Positions 1-13,413 of a DNA stretch of 64,000 nucleotides are shown piece by piece. Position 1 is the stretch's first letter, and every line of letters begins with the position of its first letter. The notes under the pieces are model-generated. The model was given only the letters and a program-made list of their open reading frames with translations. It searched no databases and was not told the DNA's origin. A program made the translations under genes and the position numbers. The DNA is from Eledone cirrhosa (Eukaryota): contig OZ024742.1 in NCBI GenBank assembly GCA_964016885.1, positions 141,422,001 through 141,486,000 of the forward strand, given 5' to 3'.

Positions 1-395
1 TTGTAATTTATGGACATATCGATTTAGATATCCTTTACCGAAATCCAACCGAAGCTATTAAACGCGCAATGAAGCTTAATCCTTGTAGCGTTTATATCAT
101 ATAGATGAGAAGTTAATTCCTCTGATAACATTTGCTAATCGATAACTATCAAGTTTGGTGACCCGTCTCGTTTGAAAAGGGCATGAAGTGCAAGATGGTA
201 AATGTTATAACGGATTTGTAAGTGTTATAATGTATCGGAATTCTTGGATCTAGAAGAAGGCATGTGTCTATTGTTTGTAAAGGTAATCACGAAATGGATG
301 GGTTAATGGTAAAATTCAAATGCTGGAAGTGAATAATTATTGGTGAGAATTTAAGGGTGTAAAACAAATTTCATCGTAATATCATTTGCGATGTG

Positions 396-503
396 GATGA
401 AACATGACCGAATGGTTAAGAAGTGCGCTTCACAACCATGACGTCCTGGTTCAGTTCTACTGCGTGGCATTTTGGACAGGTATCTTTTATCATAGCTTCT
501 GGT
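396..503 (+). mobile_element. tRNA-derived SINE fragment (cephalopod OR/OK-like)
   Basis: A-box-like TGACCGAATGG and B-box-like GGTTCAGTTC, followed by the body ACTGCGTGGCATTTTGGACAGGT. A similar body recurs at about 42845-43000 and, inverted, at about 48560-48647. Confidence 0.65.
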
Positions 504-789
504 GGGACGACACTTACATTTCTGAAGTATGGAGGACATTTCTGTGGAAAAATTACATTTCTGAGATGTATATCAGTCTTTTGGGGACTTTTGTCCCCAA
601 CTTCTATTGTAGGCAACTGACTCAAGCAGGCTGGTCTGTATTCACCACAAAGAGCGTCTCATGCAACAACAAACAACGTATGTATTGTTTTTTTTCGGAG
701 AAAAATAATAGGACATCAACTCAGATGCCACAAGCACAATTCAAGAACCTTCTTAAGACCCCCCTCCCCCCAAAAAAACAACAAAAACA

Positions 790-899
790 ACAACAACAAC
801 ATTTGTGCATTGGTGTCTATTCTATACTGTGGGAAATTCTTGTGTATTGGCAGTGGAGATAATAACTGCTGGGGAATTTGGCATAGCAAAAAGGCATAA
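790..899 (+). pseudogene. Possible piggyBac transposase C-terminal cysteine-rich domain remnant
   Basis: Frameshifted translation KTT..VHWC / YCGKFLCIGSGDNNCWGIWHSKKA* resembles the piggyBac CRD pattern CxxC..LC....NC...WH. No intact upstream DDD domain is recognisable. Confidence 0.35.
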
Positions 900-1263
900 T
901 GGTGGTAAATGAAAACAGAAGATGAAGGGAATATAGTAAAATGTTTTAAATTACAATTAAGACAAGTTTTATTAAATTTATTATAGTTTCGTTTTAAGTT
1001 TGCCGATTGCTTAGATTATAGTATGATGTGGACAGGAAGGTTTTATAAGCGTTATGGGCATAACTCTTTCCTTCAAATTAACCAAGTAAAAGAAAAATGA
1101 TTGACAATAAAGTGAAACTGGATGAAAATGAAAATGTATTCACTTTCATTTCATTGCTGAATTTCATTGGTAATTTTGATTTCTTTCAGTTTTATTCCAA
1201 ACTTAATTAGTCATGGCTGGTCGGCCACGTTTTTATACGAGTATCGTGCCATTGGCAGAAATC

Positions 1264-1810
1264 ATGAATGATCAAATTCTTCAATTTTGTTACGTTTGAT
1301 ACCTTCTCACTAGAAGCAGATTAACTATTTGGGAATGGTTATCGCGTCGATGCCTAATTAGCAACAGCGTCGTTTGTCTTCAATGCGATTCTCATGTAAC
1401 TCCAAAGAGATACAATCAGGAAATAGATAGTTGGAAATGGCTTTGTACTGACGTAATTTCGTCCAATCAGTTTATCATAGCTCATTCTTTAGTCATAGTT
1501 GACTGGTGCTCGGCAAAATAATTCTACATATGTATCTGTGGTGTGCTGAGATTCCGCAACATCAAAGTATGCACGAGGTGGAAATATCTCCTAGAAATAA
1601 CACAACAATGGCAGACTGGTGTATTCCTTTGTGAGACGTCTATGAAAATTCCTCAAAAATAATCTTTCAGAACTTCGTGGCTCCGACAAAGATGATAATC
1701 CAATAAAAAATGATGAGAACAAATTCTTCCACAAGGAGTATCGCGGAGAGGCAATAGCAGGGAGGGCACTGGGTTTTGGAGGATAGGAATGCGACACTGG
1801 AAAGTGGTGA
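1264..1810 (+). mobile_element. Merlin (IS1016/IS1595-like) transposase remnant
   Basis: Disrupted translation WEWLSRRCLISNSVVCLQC..WKWLC..SFFSHS..MYLWC..TTMADWC..NDENKFFHKEYRG..EGHWV/FGG matches the Merlin zinc ribbon and the 'EIDESKF..KY.RG...WVFGG' DDE motifs. Confidence 0.75.
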
Positions 1811-2127
1811 CTTATCAAGGCACCAAACTGACATGTCGGTGCATTCAAATAAATTATTTAGTGGTGGATTCTTTCAGGAAACCGGCTCGTATTCGGTTAG
1901 TATCCAATCATGCAATTTAAGGTTTAATTTCCTAGAAACATTTTGGATTTATGTAAACAAATTTTTATTTCCTTTAAACTTAGTTTTGGTAAGATTTACA
2001 AAAAGAAAAAATTCACAAATAAATCGAACGTAATTTGGTGATGAATCGCGTACTTTTCAGTTTCATTTCCTTTCATTTTATTGTCGGCCATATTAAGTAT
2101 TTTGGAATGGCTTTTACGCTTTTACGT

Positions 2128-2255
2128 GGACGCTTAATTAGGAATGGCGTCATTTGTCTCGAATGCGATTCCCATGCAAATCTGAACAGATACAATAATA
2201 AAATAAAGGGTTGGAGTTGGCGTTGTCACCCACATAATTTTGTCCATACCATCAT
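2128..2255 (+). mobile_element. Second Merlin transposase fragment (N-terminal zinc ribbon)
   Basis: RLIRNGVICLECDSHANLNRYNNKIKGWSWRC is homologous to the 1345-1450 segment. Confidence 0.65.
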
Positions 2256-3739
2256 CTTAAGGTTTAATTTAAGAATATCATTTTTTAAATAATTTTGGTG
2301 CGAATGCTCATGAGCGGAAATTGTACTAAAGTTATAGTCCTTATTATGCAAGATGCCTTACATAAGAATTGTAATTGTAAAAATACAACAGATACAATAT
2401 GATATTTTGTTTATTATTTTATTTATTTAGACAACCAGAGAGAAAAATTATGAATAAACTGTTATCGCATTAAGTACAGCATGGCATTAATTTTAGATTT
2501 TCTATTCCTGCAATGAGGACATGATCTCAAAAGTGAAATAATAATTAATAACAAATTTCACAGAAGTGAAGAGCTATTTTTTTTTTCTGAGTGAATCGTT
2601 TTAATTAACTATTTAAAATAAAAAAAAATTATATTGCAATAACGCATTCATTCCCAACTATAGCTTAAATAGCTTCCCCAAATCACAATTGGCCAAGCGT
2701 GGTGAATACGGCTACACCCTGACATGACCAAAAACAAACAGAAAGCGGTGGAGGTCAGCAAGGGAGGGGTTCTTCCAAAGGGAGTGAGAAGGCTTTGGAT
2801 TGGATTGGATTAGATTGGAACACATTCATTATACCATCTGAAAATTATGGATGAAATTTATGAATGTTTCTGTGTATTTGAATAATGTTAGTTTTTAATA
2901 ACATATATTACTGCATACTCCACTCTATCGTTCTCAAAATAATGAAAAACTACACCATTCAGTACTCTTTGTGTACGCATTTAGCACCGTCCTCATTACA
3001 GCATTTACTTTGATGAGCAAACAACTTGACTATATATGAATAAAAGGAAAACATTTTACCGATGTCAACACATACATAAAAATAAAAATCTGAAGAACTT
3101 CATTTTTACATAAGAAGTGATATCTTCAAACGTTTTCATAGTTTTTGGCAATCATTGTGAAACATAGAATAAGTCCATCATAGATTTTCAGGCACCCTTG
3201 TTTCTAAAATTATGCCAGATTTTCCGTTTTGTCAGTTTATACAAATTATAATTCATTTTAAACATTTGAAGGCTGAACATTTAAAATGAGATCTAGTGCC
3301 ACACGTTAACCTTCAAACATGAATTGAATAGTCTGACGAGTCACGGGATATTTAACTGTCCACTCATAATCAAGTTCGAATTAAAAGATATGCCGGACTA
3401 TTGGAAAATTATATTTTGTGAAAATCTTAATTATTACAAAAGATAAAATGCTATGACCCATATATAAGATTAAATTCTACAAAATGAATTGTAATATTCA
3501 TTGGATAGTACTTTAAAACGAACCATTACAAATTGACAACAAAACAAAGGATTATTTGTGGTTCAGTAGACTTAGATATAATCAAGGAAACATGTCTAAG
3601 TATACAAGAGAAATATTTAGTCTAGAGAGTAATTTGAAAATCATTGACAGAGGCGTTAAAGCAGCAGAAGAAATGTCTTTATTTCAACGCCTTGTGAAGC
3701 ACTTTTGTATTATGCTTAAAGTATGTAAGGAACATACTC

Positions 3740-4720
3740 TTCTTCTTGAGAGGTTTGTGGAGAGGAAGAGTCCTCAAACACTCCTTCTAGCGGAGCCCTG
3801 TCAAAAGCAACCATCTCCAGTTGATCCAGCTGGATCCTCAAGCAAGACCAGCCGATATCATGGATGCACGAAGTTTACTTCTGGGTCTCCTGCCGGTTGA
3901 TTTTGCTCATAGGTTCTGTCCAGCGATTCTTTCCTGAGATATTCTAACCACATACCTGTGATATCTCAATTCGGAGACATAGAGGCTCTACCTGGAGTGA
4001 CTCTCTGACCTCCGAGCTACACACTCTATCGAATATTACTCCGGAGACCCTTTGGAGGAACCCCATTTCGGCCGCTTGTATTCGCGATCGAATTCTTTCA
4101 ATCATTATCCAAGATTCATGACCACAGGTAAAAGTTAGCGCGAAGGACGAATTGAAGATAGTGAGTTTGGCTTTTACACCTATCTCTTTTCTTCTGATTA
4201 CCGATTGCTGAAGCTGGCGCATTACTACACTAGCTCCTGCAATTCTTGCACTTAATTCAGCCTCCTGCATTGTAGCACCCGTAAACACGGCCCCGAGCTA
4301 TTTCAACATCTCCACCTGCTTCAGTAGCACTCCATTTATGTGTAGAGTGTACTGCACAGGCTTCATTGATTGGACGAATGTCTTCGTAGCACTGATTTTA
4401 ATTCGAGCCGTGCAGCACTCGGCATCAAACCTATCAAATACCTGTCAGAGATCACCTGACGAGTTACATTATAAGAGAGCTGTTTTGCTAGAGAACGGAT
4501 CGCAGGTGGCGTATAGCGATACGACCACCAGGTTTGATGGTTAGTTGCGATATAAGCAGGCATCTGCCGGACGAATAAGCAACACCGGACCAACAGCGGT
4601 AAACTACTAGAGGAGAGGAGAGGGAGCAATGGCTGACACCTCAAGCTCCCAAGAAAACTCGACCAGCCCAGTGATGTAGCTATGACGAGACGAGTAAAGG
4701 CCACCTAAGACCACTAGAAC
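3740..4720 (-). mobile_element. RTE-clade LINE remnant (RT C-terminal region, internally deleted)
   Basis: ORF 3944-4288 (RIAGAS..KAKLTIFNS..TCGHESW..RIQAAEMGFLQRVSGV..DRV.SSEVRESLQVEP) is typical of the RTE/Expander post-RT region. Confidence 0.8.
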
Positions 4721-5306
4721 TAATGTAGTGAGAGTTAACAAAACAAATCGTACCGCATCGTCCTTCTCACGGGTTAACAATGGACGCGCTCAGGAAAATA
4801 CTAAACCTAGAAATAAATTTGAAACTCTTTGACGGTGGCAAAAGACCTATTGTAAGCAAAAAAACAAAAACGAAAAAGGAAGAGAATATCTATGAGTCTA
4901 AATGTTATATGGTGGAGATAAAAAAATTATAGTCAAATAATCCTCAAATGGCGCCTACTGCCCTCGATGATGTAATCTTCGGTACGTAATGTCTGAAAAC
5001 ATCGGTCCTATGCCTGCTGGGTTATGGCCGACACGGGGCTAAAGAACAAATATATGTCTAGCCTTACGACTCATAAAGGTGTGATAATTTTATCATTTGC
5101 CTAAAAGCCTAAAGATCTACGCTTCACAGTAACTATTATTTCTGAAATTGAGGGCATCAGACCAGGTCAAATAATTCCTACTTATACTTTAATACAGACA
5201 TAATATTTAAATATCAAATGTTAAATTTCGAAGAAAATGACAAATTGTGAATTGCTTCATTAAACGAATACGTATAGAAGTTATCGCTCTGGTTTTCTTA
5301 TTCTCA

Positions 5307-5447
<141 letters not shown>

Positions 5448-5684
5448 ATATATGTACACGTGTGAATGTATAGTTATAAATATGAGTTATGAATTTCTAT
5501 AACCAAACATGCTATTATATTAACATAGTGGAATGAAAAGACCTTATTAACTTGCCAGACACATTGTTACCAAGTATGTAGTTTCTTTTTATATTTATTA
5601 TTATAATGATTCTTCTGTCGTTCTATATTTTGCAGTAGATCACACACTCAAACACAGATGTATGTATTCGTATATGTAATCTGA

Positions 5685-5875
5685 TCAAGGCAGAATTGGG
5701 AGAGCAGCGGACAAAATGCCTTGTGATATTTGTTCTGAGTTCAAATCCCGCACAGGTCAATTTTTCTGTTCATACTTCCGGGTTCGATAACACAAATTAT
5801 TAGTAAAATATTGGTATCAATTTAATCGAGTAACTCCTCCCCACCACGGTGCTCATACTTGTGGCCGTGTGTCTA
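5685..5875 (+). mobile_element. tRNA-derived SINE (second family)
   Basis: GGCAGAATTGG..GTTCTGAGTTCAAATCCCGC..AGGTCAATTT; same family as the copies at 26.3-27.1 kb and 35.9-36.4 kb. Confidence 0.7.
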
Positions 5876-5906
5876 TGTTAAAAATCTTAATATATAAAAG
5901 TGAATG

Positions 5907-5944
<38 letters not shown>

Positions 5945-5976
5945 CATTATGGGCTCAAGTGGGCACATAAAAGTGA

Positions 5977-6025
<49 letters not shown>

Positions 6026-6028
<3 letters not shown>

Positions 6029-8190
6029 TATGGGCTCAAGTGACTCTGCGCAAATCACCGATTTAGTTGGAATTTACCTATTACATAACATCAGAGCTGA
6101 AATCCAACCCTTGCAAGGCGGAATATATAGGGACGACGCCCTATTTGCAGTCCACAATTGAAATAATCGAGGCATTGACTTGCTCAAAAAACAATTACAT
6201 AGATTCTTTAAAAATAACGGTCTCTCTATCACCATCGAGCCGAACCATAAAGTAGTAAACTTCCTAGACGTTACCCTAGATCTTAACAATAACCTATATT
6301 ACCCTTATCATAAACCAGGTGAAATACTTACATATATTAGTCCACACTGTAACCACCCACCGGCAGTCATCAGAGCAGTAATCAAATCTATCTCGTAGCA
6401 AATGAGGAGATATTTATAAACCATGCGGCATATTATAATAAGGCTCTTTCTGAATCTGGTTATGAACAGTCCATTTACTACATACCTAAATGCCATAACA
6501 CAGCACTTCACCATAACCATAATAAACTTAACACTAGAACTAGAAATACCTTAGCATATGGCCAGATTCGCCGGAATTCTAGCAGTAACAGCACCTATAC
6601 AGGGAACCTTAATGGTGGCAGTGGCCTACTTTCCACTCCAAGTAGCAAACTAAAAATCAACCCTAGAATAGGAATGAGCAATGGGATGACAAATAACAAA
6701 TGCCCAGGTAATAATAACCCTATGAAGGCCCCTACCAACTCCACTAGAACCCCTAGAAGGAATAGGTCTAGAAATATCACCTGGATTAACCCCCCATTCT
6801 CATCTAATCTAGCCACTAATATCCCTAAACGCTTCTTCTCTATCCTATCTAAACATTCCCCTCCAACCATAGATATTACAAACTCTTTAATAAAAACAAC
6901 ATTAAAATCTCATTCTCCACAACACCTAACCTAGCTATCCACATCGCATTCAGTAACCATCATAAACTAAGACAGTATAACTCCCACACCGCGGTATCAC
7001 CCCCACCCCCATCAAATATACCACGCCACTACACCAATACTTACTCTAGTAGCACACCTCCCCATCTAATCCTTCTAGCACGGACCAACCGCATAGTTTA
7101 AACAACCCTACTCTCACTAACCGCAGAAGTAACTGCAACTGCCGTTACCCTAATGCATGCCCACTAAATGGACATTGCTTGACACCCAATATAGTTTATA
7201 GGTGCACAGTTAAAACTGCTTCGCATACCAGCTCCTATATCGGCTCTACTTCTAACCCTTTTAAGGTACGCTATAACGCGCACTCTTTTTCCTTCCGAGA
7301 CCCTAACAACAGATGTTCGACATCTCTAGCTAGGCTCATTAAAAACCTTAAATTAACCAACATTGAACACTCACTAACATGGGATATCTTGGCTAGGGCC
7401 CAACCGTTCAATGGACGAAGAAACTCTTGTGACCTCTGTCTTACCGAAGCATATTACATAACTCTATCACGACCTCTACCGATTAACGATAGAACGGAGG
7501 TAACTATTAGCTGTCAACATCGAAGGGCTAATTCCTTCGCCAACATAATATTTGACCCATCATAGTCATCTAGCCCCATTTTTACTTATAGCTAATAAGT
7601 TAAAGTTATAGCTAACTTAGATAATTATAAGTTACCTCCCCTACATTGTCTCTCAATTAAAAAATTAAAAAAGTAGCACTTCTTAACTATAAACTAGCCA
7701 CAATTTCTAATTTCTCGAGGAGTTACTTCCCCTGAAACCACCCTCTAATTAGTAAGGTAAATATGTCCATTGGCGGCCATCTTGTTACCCATAGTTAGAT
7801 CTCACACAATGCAGTCTCTACAGAAGAATACTGCCCGACTATGGCAGACAATAGATATACCCAGGACAACATAGTGAAATACCAATATATGGAACATTAC
7901 ATTCATGTAACATTCTTTCCTTATTTTAATTTATATTCCTTTTGAGCTGCTCTAATTGTACCTAAGTTAATTATTTTCAACTGAACCAGATCAATAATGA
8001 TCTATAATCATTTGATCCAGAAACATTATATGGAGTAGCGAAACAATTGTAAACGGACATTATTATTATTAATATTATTATTATTATTATTCTCTACATT
8101 CCTTACATCAAACTAAAATATGTTGACAATCTTTTAATAATGTCTTCCTTGTGAAATTTGCGGTCTTGTTTTGCTTAACTAATGAATATA
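6026..8190 (+). mobile_element. 5'-truncated Penelope-like element (RT plus C-terminal GIY-YIG endonuclease; Hydra-clade-like)
   Basis: RT motifs [32 protein letters not shown] and HCNHPPAV; linker ITWINPPFS and CNCRYPNACPL (CxCx5C); endonuclease NIVYRC..YIGST..FKVRYNAH..CDLCLTE..CQH (7179-7565). Stops and frameshifts are present, and both flanks are (TA)n. Confidence 0.9.
7936..8057 (+). ncRNA. Degenerate hammerhead ribozyme in the PLE 3' region
   Basis: Stem II GCTGCTC(7946)/GAGTAGC(8033), then GAAA, palindromic stem III ACAATTGT and GTA. The CUGANGA box is eroded to TTTGA. Confidence 0.5.
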
Positions 8191-8209
8191 TATATATATA
8201 TATAAATTT

Positions 8210-8633
8210 AATCTGAGTTTTTCGAATATTAATAATAATATTCGATTCGTTTGCAATTATGCAAACAGCCTCTTTTAAGCCATGTCAGTAGAATGAGCCC
8301 CTCATCCTTGCTCTTGTGTTGGCAAGATTAGTGGATCTGCTAATATGCAGATCTGACTGATCAGCCAGTCTGCTAATATGCAAATCAGGCCGATAAGTCA
8401 CTGTATATTTGAGAAAATATCATATATTTTCAATAGCTCTGACAGTTGGCAGATGAACATTGAACTGTACTGATGAAGGTTAATACCCAGAAACATTAGT
8501 GTCTGCAGTTCTGTTTACATGCCAACACAAGAGCAAGAATGAGGGGCTCATTCTACTGACATGGCTTAAAGAGGCTGTTTGAATAATTACAAACGAATCG
8601 AATATTATTATTAATATTCGAAAAACTCAGATT
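8210..8633. repeat. Inverted repeat with ~115-bp arms (8210-8324 / 8520-8633), pseudo-LTR-like
   Basis: The arms are near-perfect reverse complements; the spacer contains a hammerhead. Confidence 0.9.
8462..8511 (+). ncRNA. Type I hammerhead ribozyme with canonical core
   Basis: Stem I GAACTGTA/TGCAGTTC, CTGATGA (8470-8476), stem II GGT-TAAT-ACC, GAAA (8490-8493), stem III ACA-TTAG-TGT, cleavage triplet GTC (8501-8503). Confidence 0.85.
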
Positions 8634-8674
8634 ACATTTATTGTATTCAGCCATGTAGAGTGATCATTTTTTTG

Positions 8675-8722
<48 letters not shown>

Positions 8723-8747
8723 AGTTTCCAACTCAATCTATGATATA

Positions 8748-8864
<117 letters not shown>

Positions 8865-9117
8865 CATAGATTGAGTTAGAAACTCAAAATAGTCTTTTAC
8901 AATTAAATAGCTCAAAGAAGGGAATCTTTCCGAGCCGTGTAATATAATTGGATATATGAGAGGGTTGAACACCGATACAAGTATACATGTGTTCCAATTG
9001 CAAATGACCAAGTTAGCTAGGTTGAAAAATAGTAATTTAAACAATATGGTTTGCCTGACTCGATTTAACGTAATAAATCAATAAAAATAACAAACCTATA
9101 TCGGGCAAATAGCCTAT

Positions 9118-9196
9118 GATACCCGGACAGACGTAAATCTGTTTCGCAAGAATTATTAAGTGAAAGCCAGAATTCCTGTGCTCTTCTTCGGGTATC
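9118..9196 (-). ncRNA. Hammerhead-like motif, variant core (AAGAAGA)
   Basis: Reverse complement reads GATACCCG-AAGAAGA-GCACAGGAATT..ATTCTTGC-GAAA-CAGAT-TTAC-GTCTGT-C-CGGGTATC. Confidence 0.6.
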
Positions 9197-9501
9197 CAGG
9201 AAAATTCGTACCTTTCACTTCAAAGGATCTAAGAAGATTGAACGATACGCGGGTATAAATCGAGTCAGAAAAACCATATTGTTTTAAATTAGTATTTTTC
9301 AACCTAAGACTATTTTGAATTTCTAACTCAATCTATGATATTCTCGGCTCCGTATGTGGGGCTAACTTTAGTCTCATAAACCCAGCTGCTATTTTTAGTG
9401 GCATGAGTATGGGACGCGTTAGGCGCTGTAACATGTGCGTTATACCCGCGTATCGTTCAGTTTTCTTAGATCCTTTGAAGTGGAAGGTACGAATTTTCCT
9501 G

Positions 9502-9580
9502 GATACACGCAGAAGAGCACAGGAATTCTAGCTTTCACTTAATAATCCTTGCGAAACAGATTTACATTTGTCCGGGTATC
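9502..9580 (+). ncRNA. Hammerhead-like motif, variant core (CAGAAGA)
   Basis: Stem I GATACACG/CGGGTATC, CAGAAGA, stem II GCACAGGA../..TCCTTGC, GAAA, stem III ACAGAT/ATTTGT, GTC at 9570-9572. Confidence 0.65.
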
Positions 9581-11169
9581 ATAGGCTATTTACCCGATAT
9601 AGGTTTGTTATTTTTATTGATTTATTACGTTAAATCGAGTCAGGCAAACTATATTGTTTTAAATTAGTATTTTTCAACCTAGCTAACTTGGTCATTTGCA
9701 ATTGGAACACATCTGAAATTATATTCTTTCAACATACTTCCATGCACTGAATTAGATATTGGAAAACATTTACTGTTTTTGAAATAATTTGTTTACAGTA
9801 ACTATTGTATTTGTAAAACAAAACAAAAAACATAAAAAAAACAAAAAAACAATTTTTCATAAAACGTTTTTTAAAAATGTCAGAAAGGGCTTATATTTGT
9901 TTGTTTTAGCTTTTGCACATTTTCGTTTCTTTTAGCTTTTGCACATTTTTATGAAGCTCAACTTGAGCGATCATCTGGATTTAAGCCATCGTTTGGATTT
10001 AAGCCATTGTCTGTATAACTGAAATACACCATTATCGAGTGATTCAACATTCACAGACAAACTAAATATCCATCAGCCAATTGACTCAAAACAGTGATTG
10101 CGAATGTATTTATTTTAAGCATTAATGAAGCCGAGCATGACCTTATACTACTGTTAGTAATCATTATTGTACGAGAGACGGCGACTTTGACAGCAGAAAT
10201 ATATATTGATCATGTTTTCAACGTTAATTTTTCCAGCGGCTCGCTGCGACTAACCAGTACGTTCTTAAGTAGTTATTAATGGGAGACAAAAACAACGATA
10301 AATACAACAGACCTCAATATATAAATACTTAATTTGTGATAATGCGTCTGATGATGAGATTTATATAGATTGTTTATATTAAATCCATCAATACAACAAG
10401 AGACATCTATCGAACTGTTTGAAATAACAACCAAATCACCCTTATATTACGCCATTATCTTATTCGTTTATCTGTTCCAGCTAACTGACTGAGGTCATAC
10501 TGAGGTATTTATAATGAACAATTAATCAACTTTCGTACGCAACTTCTGAATACACTCGAAGGTAAAATAGAAATAAAATAAGAAATAAAACGGATGTAGT
10601 GTTATAATTGAAATAGAAACAAAGTATATAATTTAATCTGATACCCGAATTACATAATCTAAAAATTTTACTTACAGCGTCGTGATGGCTCTATACTTAT
10701 ACTTTGACCATTTTAATAGACAAGGTATGACCAGTTGATCTAGAAATGTTTGTAACCAGCCATCTAAAATACCATGAAAATACTCCCCCATTTACAATTT
10801 TATTATATCATTATCATTTATTTAGATTTTCTACTAACCTATAAGCTTATCGTAAATAGCAATTTCCCTTATTTACTCCATTTGCATTTTACTTATGAAT
10901 ATCAAATCTTATTTTTTTATAACTTTCTTGTCCTGATAAGAGGTCCTTTGGAGCTTATAACCTCTTTAATAGAAAACAATCAAGCAAACTCTCACTATTT
11001 GTTCATAATATTATATATGAGGTGAAATTAACTATAAGTATTAATGTGGTGTGGCAAATAAACATATATATATACACCAGGTCAGAACACATTGGAACCA
11101 AGCTCCCACTGTCACTGCCTCTGTCTCTCCCGCTCTCCACGTCTCTAACTATTATAAGCAAATGGGGGC

Positions 11170-11345
11170 CCACGCGCTGGCCGCTCCGCGGCTCCGGCGG
11201 TCAGAATAGAGAAGGCGTTTCCCCGGAGGATGGTGAGGGAGACGCGCTGGAAGATCCATTCCAGCTCGCAAGGCTGACACCTGCGGGTAGCCAAGTCTGT
11301 GTCGATGATAGTGAGTATGGAGGTGGTCCTAGGGCCAAGGACACC
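11170..11345 (-). mobile_element. CRE-clade non-LTR retrotransposon, extreme 3' fragment
   Basis: Minus-strand translation ..ELEWIFQRVSLTILRGNAFSIL.. matches the CRE C-terminal motif QR.S.A..RGNA. Confidence 0.7.
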
Positions 11346-11387
11346 AGAAATAAAAAAATGGCAATAAGGAAACTAAAAAGAAAGGAC

Positions 11388-11458
11388 AAAAAGAAAAAGA
11401 AAAAGAAAAAGAAAAAGAAAAAGAAAAAGAAAAAGAAAAAGAAAAAGAAAAAAAGAAA
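11388..11458. repeat. (AAAAAG)n repeat
   Basis: Read directly. It lies 3' of the neighbouring CRE fragment as (CTTTTT)n on the minus strand. Confidence 0.95.
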
Positions 11459-11479
11459 TTAAGTAAAGAAAGAAAGGGA

Positions 11480-11910
11480 AAGGAGCGACAGATTCTATAC
11501 TTTAGTCTGATCAGTATGTTTTAGCTGCGCCTCGTGAACAAAAGGGCGAAGACATTGCGGAGGAGAATGGCCAGTCGTACCCGCTGCAACAGCCACCCTG
11601 TCCCACGGGGCTCCTTCTTCACAGCAGTTCGAGGACTGAGGACACATGAGATCTCGACGGTGACCGACACGAAAAGGGAGAGGTTGGTGAAGCCCCGATA
11701 TTTCGTTATTTTCCTCTCCTCTGCATTGCTGGCGGTCGAGCCCAGGTCTTCGGCAGAAGCGACAGGGTTGGAGGCGGAGAACGAGTCGCAACACGTCGTG
11801 TCCCAGATTAGGGATTCACTTACCTCGAATAAGAAGAAAGTTATCCCGTTTGGGCGCTTACCGGTCACAGGCCACTGTTTGGTTGCGAGAGGCAACGGAG
11901 TCATGCGAGA
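11480..11910 (-). mobile_element. CRE-clade retrotransposon restriction-like endonuclease fragment
   Basis: ORF 11521-11904: GKRPNGIT..LIWDTTCCDSF..AEERKITKY..FVSVTVE..WLLQRVRLAILLRNV, the RPD-WD-E-K RLE signature. Confidence 0.85.
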
Positions 11911-13140
11911 CGTTGTTGGTCGAAGAAAGAATCAGTCCGCCTGAAACTTGACCTGCACTTGATGTCGTCCCAGTTGTGTTGGACGTCTGGATACTGTGGC
12001 ATGGCGAGGTTTTCGTCGATTCAATCAGTCACAACTGACTCCAGTTCTCGGATCACATCAGTTTCAATCTTATAGCGGATAACCTCGCTGATAAAAGCAG
12101 TTTGATTCAACTCCTTAATTTAGACAGTAAGATGTTGTTAGGTGTCCCTTAGCTCAATGGTTAGAGTACCTAACATTTTTAGCTTTATATTTCATGCCTG
12201 CTTCCTTAGCTACATCAAATATATATTGAGGCGTGCGCGTGCAGTGTAATTATTACAATAACAATGTTTGAGGTTTTCTCCAGTAGAACCTCTTTTAGTT
12301 ACTGACCCACCGAAGATGCGACTTTACAAACAATTAATTCACCAACAACTATGTGATCGTAATTTTTATATCACATAAGACCCGTTGAGTAATTGCACAG
12401 GACGTTGAAATTATTGATATGAAACACTTTCCCCAAGCTGTTAAGCAGTGGAATCGAACGCAGAATAATGTGGCAGTAGAAGAAAACTGTCTATCTGCAC
12501 GGACGTATCGTTACTTATTTTACTCCCCAACCATCGATATAAATTCATGTATACTGATATGAAAGTAATAAAATATTTGCTTCAAAGACATACTATCGAG
12601 TTTGGCGTAAAGTCAGCGAACTCTTCAAAGTATTTACAAAACATTGTCGTTCTAAATAATATTGTGATCCTCACTTGGATAAAACGACAGCTACATGGAA
12701 ATGAAACGGAGCGGAAAGTTGTTGCCACTAGCTATAATTCTATAGGCATAGAATTAACACCATCAATAACAACACACCACGCATAGGTCGGTAGAAAAGC
12801 TGATCATTCTAATAGTAGTTGTCAAAAGCCCATTTACTTGCTTAGCACTAAAAATCTTCAAATAATATAAAAATCGATTCTTGTTTTTTTTTTGTCGCGC
12901 AAGCTTGTGGTTTAGCGCTGTATATGTGTGAGTGTGTGTAAGTGTGTGGATTCGTGTATGAAGTCGTGTTGTATCCGTATCGAACTGTGGTGCTCTCTAA
13001 TTGATTAATTGGTCCCTTTATCAACATTTTCAACATTTACCTTCTTCGATTCGCCATGTCAGCAGGAATGTCTATTGAATTTCTATTCAATTATGCTTAC
13101 ACCGCCACCCCACACCCCCACACGCACCATTTTTGAAACT

Positions 13141-13145
13141 CATGT

Positions 13146-13181
<36 letters not shown>

Positions 13182-13257
13182 ATCTGTATGTATATGTTTA
13201 TATGCATATATAAATAAGAATATATGTATAAGCACACATATACACTCACGCACGCAC

Positions 13258-13346
<89 letters not shown>

Positions 13347-13413
13347 AATGCACGCACACACACACACACACAAGCACACATATATGTATATATATATACA
13401 TATATACATATAT
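13141..13413. repeat. Compound (TA)n/(CA)n microsatellite
   Basis: Read directly from the sequence. Confidence 0.95.

Larger units (their letters stand above)
8865..9712. mobile_element. Non-coding retrozyme/PLE-like repeat; two inverted partial copies of a ~500-nt unit
   Basis: 8865-9258 (minus) and 9305-9712 (plus) are homologous to each other and to 34568-35228. Each contains a hammerhead-like fold, and the element abuts (TA)n. Confidence 0.8.

Noticed and set aside
6159-6161. In-frame TGA in the PLE RT as possible selenocysteine
   Set aside because: The copy has other stops and frameshifts, I see no convincing SECIS, and the known selenoprotein PLEs are N-terminal-EN Naiads, whereas this element has a C-terminal EN.
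12140-12172. tRNA-like 5' half (TAGCTCAATGGTTAGAG)
   Set aside because: There is no T-arm or acceptor 3' strand; it is most likely a SINE head fragment.
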